From contig JBMFWW010000017.1 of assembly GCA_049964835.1 (NCBI GenBank), positions 1-12,786 on the forward strand: a stretch of 12,786 nucleotides of DNA, read 5' to 3'. Origin of the DNA: Candidatus Micrarchaeia archaeon. GTDB lineage: Archaea; Micrarchaeota; Micrarchaeia; Micrarchaeales; CABMGC01. The notes below the pieces were generated by a model. It worked only from the letters and a program-made list of their open reading frames with translations. It had not been told where the DNA came from and searched no databases. This document shows positions 5,867-12,786 of this stretch, in pieces. Positions within the stretch are counted from its first letter, which is position 1, and every line of letters starts with the position of its first letter. A program made the position numbers and the translations under genes.

Positions 5867-8086
5867 TTACGCTTTAATATTAAGATAGTGAAGAAGAAGG
5901 TTTTCATTTAGAATTGCTGCGCTTCTTACCCCTACATCTGCATCGTTAAATAAGGCAATTATATCTTGAGATTTTAATAGAAAATTAGCTCCAGGTCTCG
6001 AAGCTATTGCGGCTCTTACATAAGTATAACCACTTTTTGCATATGCTTCCGCCTCAACATCAGTTATAATAATTCCATTATTTTTAATTATGCCACAAAA
6101 AATTTCTTCTGTTTGCCTTGTTATATTTTTACCTTTTGTAAACTCATCTATATATTTATCAATATTCTTAGAGCTCAATTTGTTTACAGTTTCTTCCATT
6201 GATAGTAATTTTTCTAAGCCTCCAACTTTATCTGATAAAGTATTTTTAGTTTCTATTATGGTTTTAAGATCTTTTTTATTTAATCTCTTAATAACTTCGG
6301 GATTTTTATCAAGAACCTCTAGAGATTCGTAATTTAGAAGAAATCCTGCAACCTTATTGCTACCTGCATACTTGACAAGTTCTGGATTTAAAAACGCTGT
6401 CCTTATTATAAGTTCTTTTGCTTTCCAAGTAGATGTATTTGCGGTTTTTGCTCCGAAAAATCTAAGTAACTCGACATCTACAAGCCTCTTCTTGGTTTTT
6501 TCGCTAACATCAGTTGACGAAAATAGACCTTCGTTTCCTGCTAGACTCAAAAGTACGGTATTTGATGCATTCCTAAAAATATACTCTGTATTGTTCTTGT
6601 TTGGATTTAGGTATTTATCACCAAGTACTGCCAATGATGTATTTTTTGATAATCCATCTATGTTAATTTTGTTGCTTGCTACTAGTGCCTTTATTTCCTC
6701 TGGAGATACTAATCTTATTAACACGTTATTAGCTGCAACTACCACCTCACTACCTTTTTTCTTAAGTAGTTCGAGTACATCATTTTTATCTAGATTTAAG
6801 CATGCAGATGGATTTCTAGATATCGCATCTTCAAGAATTGGAACTGCGAGCATTTCATGAAGCTTCTTGCTTTCTATATCTTTCCAAAATGCATTTGTTC
6901 TTGTAGCACAATCTATAACGACTTTAGCCATAGAACTAAGCATTTTATTATTAGTAGTTAATGAACCTGAATGCACTAAATCATGTAATTTTTTACCCTC
7001 TTTTAGCATCAATTCAATTGCCGCTTCATTTCCTGCTAGACCCTCTAATGCAGCAACTGTATTCTTTCCACCTATAGATAATTTTTTATCAGATACCGCT
7101 CTAGAAAGTACAGAAAACAGTTTATCTGCTGCTAATGATTTTATAAGATCAAGACTTTTCCTTTCTTTCTTTTTTGAGTGCTCGTACTCATGTTCTCCGA
7201 TCTTTTCTATTATTGCTGGATTTGAATATAGGTTCTTAATAACCTCTCTTGAAAGTTCTACACTGTTTACCATTCCAGTATTTAATATCTTAATTAAATC
7301 TTCCGCGTATATATTGTTTATAGCTTTACTTGAAGCTGTTGCCTCTTTTATTCTTTTATTACTTGACATTAAAAGAAGTAACGCATTTTCACCTGTTATT
7401 GCTGATGCGATAACATCGTTATTTAAAAAATTTGATATTGCAATATCTCTAATAGGATTACTCTTGCCTTTAATTATCTCATTTATTCCGTCCTTTTGCC
7501 GATCGTTTAAAACTATAGGCGCAGGGGGTGGCGTTTCCTCATCTTTTGACTTTCTATGTATATCGTATAAACCAATAATGCCAGTGGTATTGTATGATTG
7601 GTCTCCGGTTAGAAATTTGTCTACGTCAAGATTTATTTCCTTTAATTTTTTAGCAACCTCGGTCGGTAAAACAGATACAAAATTTTCTGCGCCGTTTGAG
7701 TTTTCTAGAGCGTGGTGTAGATGTCTATGTAATTTTTCTGTTTTTCCATTAATTGTAACATCAGTTTGCTTTATATCAACATAATTTACCTTTAAGTTAT
7801 GTGCTCCTGCTGCTGCTTCTACTGCTTTATTCGCTTCACCTTGGATTTTATCCAATGATTTAATATCATCAGGTGAAAGACTCTCTGATATTACTGCAAT
7901 CTTCGCATGCATATGTAAATTTAATTCATTTATTTTGTTTGCTACGACGTCGTCTTTGTTTTTAGAATAAGAGTTACATAAATTTATTATCATTATCTTT
8001 TCTTTTTCCAATTCCATAGCTACATTTTTAGGTATTTGAGCTGACCTTTGTGGAACAGGATTTGTATTAGCCACTTTTGTAGGCAT
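5867..8086 (-). CDS. Large hypothetical alpha-solenoid protein (degenerate LRV/HEAT-like repeats) with a distinct N-terminal domain
   Basis: 739-aa ORF; recurring hydrophobic-x-x-N-[PE] helix ends (LYSNP, LAGNE twice, AISRNP, AFLNP, LDKNP); C-terminal YVRAAIASRP and DADVGVRSAAILNEN match LRV-type repeats; ETPPPAP linker near residue 185. Confidence 0.8.
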   Translation of the reverse strand: MPTKVANTNPVPQRSAQIPKNVAMELEKEKIMIINLCNSYSKNKDDVVANKINELNLHMHAKIAVISESLSPDDIKSLDKIQGEANKAVEAAAGAHNLKVNYVDIKQTDVTINGKTEKLHRHLHHALENSNGAENFVSVLPTEVAKKLKEINLDVDKFLTGDQSYNTTGIIGLYDIHRKSKDEETPPPAPIVLNDRQKDGINEIIKGKSNPIRDIAISNFLNNDVIASAITGENALLLLMSSNKRIKEATASSKAINNIYAEDLIKILNTGMVNSVELSREVIKNLYSNPAIIEKIGEHEYEHSKKKERKSLDLIKSLAADKLFSVLSRAVSDKKLSIGGKNTVAALEGLAGNEAAIELMLKEGKKLHDLVHSGSLTTNNKMLSSMAKVVIDCATRTNAFWKDIESKKLHEMLAVPILEDAISRNPSACLNLDKNDVLELLKKKGSEVVVAANNVLIRLVSPEEIKALVASNKINIDGLSKNTSLAVLGDKYLNPNKNNTEYIFRNASNTVLLSLAGNEGLFSSTDVSEKTKKRLVDVELLRFFGAKTANTSTWKAKELIIRTAFLNPELVKYAGSNKVAGFLLNYESLEVLDKNPEVIKRLNKKDLKTIIETKNTLSDKVGGLEKLLSMEETVNKLSSKNIDKYIDEFTKGKNITRQTEEIFCGIIKNNGIIITDVEAEAYAKSGYTYVRAAIASRPGANFLLKSQDIIALFNDADVGVRSAAILNENLLLHYLNIKA

Positions 8087-8183
8087 CTGATCAATATTTA
8101 TTTACTAAAAAATAGATATTTATACTTTTAGATTTACAAAAAATTAAATTCTTTATTTGAATTTACAGGTAATTGATGTTAAG

Positions 8184-9044
8184 ATGAATTTTACAAGAAG
8201 ATTGAAAGGAGTACTGAGGCTTACTAGAATAGAGCATAGCATTATGCTTGTGGTTGCGGTGTTAGCTGGTGAGTTACTTACTTTAGGGAAGTTGCCTAGC
8301 ATATTAATACTAGCGTTTAGTTTGATTACACCAATATTCATAAGTATGGCTTCTTTTGCAATAAACGATTATTTTGATGTTGAAGTAGATAAATTAAATA
8401 AGAAAAAAAGACCATTAGTTACTGGAGAAATTACAAAAAATGAAGCCATTTATATAACGATAATATGCTTATTTATAGGAGTTTTTACTAGCTTATTCAT
8501 AAATATTTATGCGTTTTTAATTGCTGTTATATTTGGAGCTTTAGCTATGCTTTATAGCTATAAATTAAAGGAACTGCCCATTCTAGGTAATTTATACATA
8601 GCATTTTCTATGGCTATACCATTTATTTATGGTGACTTTGTAGTAAAAAACACTCTTGTGTTAAGTATATATATAGTAAGTATAATGATATTTTTAAGTG
8701 GAGTAGCAAGAGAGATACATGGAACAATAAGAGATTACGAAGGTGATAGAAAGAGAAATGTTGTCTCGTTACCACATTTAATAGGTATAAAGCCATCAGC
8801 AGTTATTGCAGCAATATTATACCTAATTGCAGTTTTGATAAGCGCATATCTTTTCTTAAATCTAAATCAGTTTCAAAATTTTGCTTACCTGTTTTTAATA
8901 GCAATAACTGACATAATTCTAATTTACGTATCGGTAGGATATATAATAAAAAAGAGTAAGAAGTTTTATGATTTTTCTAGAAATATCTCACTTGTTGCAA
9001 TGTCAATTGCGTTAGTAGCAATATTTATTACCGCTATTATGTAA
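8184..9044 (+). CDS. UbiA-family prenyltransferase, most like digeranylgeranylglyceryl phosphate (DGGGP) synthase
   Basis: Multi-pass membrane protein; LTR near the N-terminus, INDYFDVEVDKLNKKKRPLVTG first Asp-rich motif, YSYKLK...GN, REI.....DYEGD second motif. ATG 8184 (TTGAT-N6) preferred over TTG 8157. Confidence 0.88.
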   Translation: MNFTRRLKGVLRLTRIEHSIMLVVAVLAGELLTLGKLPSILILAFSLITPIFISMASFAINDYFDVEVDKLNKKKRPLVTGEITKNEAIYITIICLFIGVFTSLFINIYAFLIAVIFGALAMLYSYKLKELPILGNLYIAFSMAIPFIYGDFVVKNTLVLSIYIVSIMIFLSGVAREIHGTIRDYEGDRKRNVVSLPHLIGIKPSAVIAAILYLIAVLISAYLFLNLNQFQNFAYLFLIAITDIILIYVSVGYIIKKSKKFYDFSRNISLVAMSIALVAIFITAIM

Positions 9045-9086
9045 CTTAGTTTTCCTTGAAGTTTCAAACCTAAATTTGTAAAAGTA

Positions 9087-9092
9087 TTTATA
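9087..9092 (+). promoter_or_regulatory. TATA box for ORF 9116-9631 (likely leaderless)
   Basis: TTTATA 24-29 nt upstream of ATG 9116, preceded by purine-rich AAAAG (BRE-like); no SD visible. Confidence 0.4.
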
Positions 9093-9115
9093 TTAATTTA
9101 TAGGATAATTTAAAT

Positions 9116-9631
9116 ATGACATTAAAAAATATTATTGAAACGTTGAAGAGTATATATTCAAGACCATTTTATATAATTTTAAATATTATTTTTGCATTTG
9201 TATACTACCTTATTTTTACATTTCTTGTAGAATATCAAAACTATGGAATTCTTCTTATAGAAAGTCCTGTTTATTTGTTATACTTATTAATAATGCTTTC
9301 ATCTATTCTTCTAACTATATCGATTTATTCAATAAGAAATACTAAAAAGAACATCGCTAAAGTATCCGGAACAACTGTTAGTGCTATTGCCGTTTTGTTT
9401 GGAGGTGTGGTGGGGGGTTGTGGTTGCGCGGCTCCTATAATATATGGAATTTCTGTTTTAGGATTAGGACTTGGAACTACAAGCACTGTTGCTTACTATT
9501 TAAATAGTTATATTATAGAAATATTTATTTTTATAATACTTTTAACTTTGTTTATGATACTCTACTACTTGAATAAGTTATCTTCAAAAAACTGCGTAGT
9601 TAGAAGACAAGGAAAGAAAACACAAAAGTAA
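9116..9631 (+). CDS. Small integral membrane protein (about 4 TM helices) with a GGCGCAAP motif
   Basis: Several long hydrophobic segments; Cys102 and Cys104 in a Gly-rich stretch, Cys160 before a basic tail. Confidence 0.8.
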   Translation: MTLKNIIETLKSIYSRPFYIILNIIFAFVYYLIFTFLVEYQNYGILLIESPVYLLYLLIMLSSILLTISIYSIRNTKKNIAKVSGTTVSAIAVLFGGVVGGCGCAAPIIYGISVLGLGLGTTSTVAYYLNSYIIEIFIFIILLTLFMILYYLNKLSSKNCVVRRQGKKTQK

Positions 9632-10174
9632 TTAATAAGTAGGATGTTTTTCTACTATCCCTTCTTTATGATTAAGGTATAATGCTGCAGTGAAAAAAAC
9701 AGAAGACAATCTATTTGCATAACTTGTTAGAGATTTGTCAAGATTATATTGCAAACTTGCGCGAACTATGCTTCTTTCCATTCTTCTAGCTATCGATCTT
9801 GCTACATGCATATGCACAGCTCCAGAACATCCATTAGGTATAACAAACTCTTTTAATGGAGGTATTTCTCTACCTAGCTTTTCTATAAACGCTTCAATTA
9901 ACTTTAATTTTGAGTCTTGGAGATCCGCCTTTTCTATTCTTCCATCACTTAAAGAAGCAAGATTAGCCCCAATAACAAAAAGATCATTTTGTATTGTCGA
10001 TATAGCTTCTTTGATGTAAGGATCTGTAGTATTTATGTAAACTACACCTAAATAACTGTTTAATTCGTCAACGGTGCCTATTGCTTCTATTATAGAGTCA
10101 GATTTGGATAAACGCTTATCTGAAAGTATACCAGTCTTACCTTCATCTCCAGTTCCTGTATAAAATTCAGACAT
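9632..10174 (-). CDS. pduO: ATP:cob(I)alamin adenosyltransferase, PduO type
   Basis: YTGTGDEGKT, EAIGTVDELNS, IQNDLF, FVIP, ARSIARRMER and NRLS motifs; next to a B12-dependent RNR. Confidence 0.95.
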   Translation of the reverse strand: MSEFYTGTGDEGKTGILSDKRLSKSDSIIEAIGTVDELNSYLGVVYINTTDPYIKEAISTIQNDLFVIGANLASLSDGRIEKADLQDSKLKLIEAFIEKLGREIPPLKEFVIPNGCSGAVHMHVARSIARRMERSIVRASLQYNLDKSLTSYANRLSSVFFTAALYLNHKEGIVEKHPTY

Positions 10175-10357
10175 AAAATCAATAATTAATACTCAGGTAA
10201 ATAATTTAGAACTTTTGAGTGACAGTGTGCTACTTATAACTATCATATAGTTTCTATTTACTTGATAAATGAAAAAAATTATGAAACTACTTGATGTTTA
10301 TAGTAAAGGCCCGCTTACTATTGTATTTGATGTATTTGCTTACTTATGTGGTTGAAA

Positions 10358-12769
10358 TCAATCACATTTGGTATAACCACAGGATTGACAAGTATAACAA
10401 CCGTTTTCGTGAACTACTGCTTTTTCGCTACATTTTATACACATCTCCATCTCTATCTCTTTACTATCATCTTTTCCTTTGCTCTTTGATGATGTTTGCT
10501 CAGCTATAACTGTTTTTTGTACACCTAAAGGTTCTGCAAACATTGGCTTTGATATTCCAGACATTATTTCAAGAGCCTTTGCTATAGCGTCGGGTATACT
10601 GTATAACTTCATGCCATGATCCCAAGATATAGATGAGTTTGCCTTTATGCCTTTAAGACTTGAGATTGCTTCTTGTAGATTTCCACCAACTTGAAGATAC
10701 TTGCTTATAAGTCGTCCGATGGCTTCACAGTAACTCTTTTCATCGCTTCCTGTCTTCCCAAGATTAATGAATACTTCTCTAACTTCATTCTCATCAAAAT
10801 TTGCAGTAACATAAAGTGGTCCTTGAGGCAATGACATCTTTAGTGTATGCCCAGAGACCATACGTGGCCTTTCCCATGTTGTAGGGTACGTAGTAATAGA
10901 TTCATCTTTTACCGTTGTCTCTTCTTTTTTATTTGATGACTCCTTCTTGTTAGCTTCTTCGTTTGTTATAAGAATACCCTCTCTTGATCCTTCTCTGTAT
11001 ACAGTTATACCTTTGCATCCTGCCTTCCAAGCTTGCATGTATATCATTCCAACCTGCTCTGCAGTTGTTTCCCTAGGGAGATTGACTGTTGAGGATATTG
11101 CGCTGTCTATGTGCTTTTGTATTACGCCTTGCATCTTTACTCTGAATTCCGCCTCTATTTTATGTGCTGGTACAAAAAAATCTGGAAGATCCTTCTCATC
11201 AACTATGTTGTTCATCTGCATGTATCTATTTGCCAAAGGATGATAAACCTTAAAGGTTCCTTGGCTTAATGATTCTGATCTTCTTGTATAACTAAATGCA
11301 AATACTGGCTCAATGCCGCTAGAGGTACCTGATAGTACTGAACCACTTCCTACAGGAGGAACGGTAAGAATTGCTACATTCCTAAGTCCAAACTTTGCTA
11401 TCTTTTCTCTTAGCTCCGGAGATAGCGTCTTTATGAAGTTCATAGACAGATGCTTTTCTTTATCAAAAAGAGGGAATGAGCCTTTCTCCTTTGCTATCTC
11501 TATACTTTCATCATATGCTATAGTCTTTAGCTTGTTGAATAGATCGTCAACAAATGCCAATGCTCTTTCTGTGTGGTAGGTTATTCCTAGCTTTATTAGC
11601 ATATCACCTAAGGCGGTAACTCCAACACCAATTCTTCTACTGTTTCTTGCGGCTAAGTTTTGTGCTTCTAATGGGTGCTTTCCATCATTATAATCAAGCA
11701 CATCGTCAAGGAATCTTACAGAGTATCTTACCGCCTTTTCAAAGTTTTCCCAGTCAAATGATGCCTTTTGTGTAAACTCATTTAGTACAAATGATGCTAA
11801 ATTGAGATTTCCAAGGTCACACGCACCATAAGGCTGCAATGGTTGCTCTGAGCAAGGATTTGTTGTTATTACTTCCATTCCATTGTACTCGCTTGGAGAG
11901 AACCTTTTTACCGTATCCCAAAATATTAATCCTGGTTCTGCCCAGTCTCTTGCTGATGTTATGAGCTGATTCCATAACTCTCTTGCATTTACCATTTTTT
12001 CTATCTTTCCTATGGTTTCTCCAGAGTATCTTAATGCGAATGACTTGTTTTCTTCAACTGCACGCATAAACTCATCAGTTATTCTCACACTTATATTTGC
12101 ATATCTTACATTTGTAAGATCCTTTTTGATATTTATAAAGTTCAAAATGTCAGGATGATCCACACTTATTGTTATCATTAATGCTCCTCTTCTTCCACTT
12201 TGACCTATAGTGTGTGTTGTTTCACTAAAAATATTCATGAATGATACCGAACCTGTTGAAAATACTGCCGAGTTATTAACTGGAGCGCCCTTTGGCCGCA
12301 GTACTGTAATATCAGTGCCTACACCGCCACCATAGCTGTATGTTCTTGCTGCTTCCTTGCACCAGTCAAATATTGATTCTATAGAATCGTTTTTTATTGG
12401 TATTACATAACAATTTAGAAGTGTTGCCTTTCTTTTTTGACCCGCTCCAAACATTATTCTTCCACCAGGAAGGAATCGGAAGTTATCTAAAAGCCATTTG
12501 AATCGTTCTCCCCACTGTGCCTTTAGCTCATCTGTCTTTTCCACACTAGCTATCTCACTTGAAACGCGATTCCACATTTCCGGAGGCGTTTTTTCTGTAA
12601 CATTTCCATTTAAATCCTTTAATGCATACTTTTCGTAAAAAACCCTAGCTCTTATCTCATCCCCATAAAAAAAATCAAGTGTTTCTTTAGGTAACTCTAC
12701 AACACCAGTCTGATCTTTAAGTTCAGTAACTTTATCCAAAACTTCAACATTTTTTTCCTCTTCTGCCAT
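10358..12769 (-). CDS. nrdJ: Adenosylcobalamin-dependent (class II) ribonucleotide reductase with C-terminal TSCPD-like domain and Zn ribbon
   Basis: LLNCYV, GGGVG, RRGALM, EPGLIF, TNPCSEQPL (thiyl Cys), ACDLG, RRIGVG and KGITVYREGSR motifs; C-terminal CIKC...GCYTCQSCGYTKC. No ATP cone or intein visible. ATG 12769 follows SD-like GGTG and is preferred over TTG 12781. Confidence 0.96.
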   Translation of the reverse strand: MAEEEKNVEVLDKVTELKDQTGVVELPKETLDFFYGDEIRARVFYEKYALKDLNGNVTEKTPPEMWNRVSSEIASVEKTDELKAQWGERFKWLLDNFRFLPGGRIMFGAGQKRKATLLNCYVIPIKNDSIESIFDWCKEAARTYSYGGGVGTDITVLRPKGAPVNNSAVFSTGSVSFMNIFSETTHTIGQSGRRGALMITISVDHPDILNFINIKKDLTNVRYANISVRITDEFMRAVEENKSFALRYSGETIGKIEKMVNARELWNQLITSARDWAEPGLIFWDTVKRFSPSEYNGMEVITTNPCSEQPLQPYGACDLGNLNLASFVLNEFTQKASFDWENFEKAVRYSVRFLDDVLDYNDGKHPLEAQNLAARNSRRIGVGVTALGDMLIKLGITYHTERALAFVDDLFNKLKTIAYDESIEIAKEKGSFPLFDKEKHLSMNFIKTLSPELREKIAKFGLRNVAILTVPPVGSGSVLSGTSSGIEPVFAFSYTRRSESLSQGTFKVYHPLANRYMQMNNIVDEKDLPDFFVPAHKIEAEFRVKMQGVIQKHIDSAISSTVNLPRETTAEQVGMIYMQAWKAGCKGITVYREGSREGILITNEEANKKESSNKKEETTVKDESITTYPTTWERPRMVSGHTLKMSLPQGPLYVTANFDENEVREVFINLGKTGSDEKSYCEAIGRLISKYLQVGGNLQEAISSLKGIKANSSISWDHGMKLYSIPDAIAKALEIMSGISKPMFAEPLGVQKTVIAEQTSSKSKGKDDSKEIEMEMCIKCSEKAVVHENGCYTCQSCGYTKCD

Positions 12770-12786
12770 TTTAAACACCAATCTCT

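Noticed and set aside
6090..7784. Long plus-strand ORFs 6090-6332, 6357-6860 and 6867-7784 (305 aa)
   Set aside because: Antisense shadows of the 739-aa gene; the Ser/Phe/Leu/Ile-rich composition is what reverse-complemented Lys/Glu/Asn codons give, and no motifs are recognisable.
10175..10357. Possible cobalamin riboswitch between nrdJ and pduO
   Set aside because: Only an isolated CACTG is present; the GGGAA and B12-box elements and the GC-rich stems are missing.
99..11579. Other overlapping ORF-track entries (99-323, 850-1041, 1670-1864, 2111-2419, 2335-2535, 3672-3989, 4026-4271, 4177-4509, 4472-4672, 8153-8341, 9735-10019, 10291-10509, 10947-11243, 11313-11579)
   Set aside because: All lie antisense to well-supported genes and have no recognisable motifs.
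10358..12769. Intein or intron in nrdJ (a common insertion target)
   Set aside because: The catalytic motifs are contiguous, the length is ordinary and no splicing or endonuclease motifs are visible.

Overview
AT-rich archaeal chromosomal region; the gene families, GGTG/TGAT ribosome-binding sites and TATA-led promoters suggest a reduced-genome archaeon, possibly Micrarchaeota/DPANN (inference only). Housekeeping genes: the archaeal upper-mevalonate operon (HMG-CoA synthase, acetoacetyl-CoA thiolase, DUF35 scaffold; 2073-4693), a UbiA-family DGGGP synthase-like gene, a PduO-type cobalamin adenosyltransferase, a class II (B12-dependent) ribonucleotide reductase NrdJ and a Nudix hydrolase. Accessory content: a 5'-truncated IS5/IS4-like DDE transposase, a CxC membrane protein and three orphan repeat proteins. 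These are a TPR-like ORF that appears to continue through a -1 shift at an A8 run into a pentapeptide-repeat domain missing from the ORF track, a 275-aa protein with ~46-aa helical-hairpin repeats, and a 739-aa LRV/HEAT-like solenoid. An unannotated 36-aa Lys-rich small ORF with a well-placed TATA box lies between the last two. No rRNA, tRNA or CRISPR array was seen.
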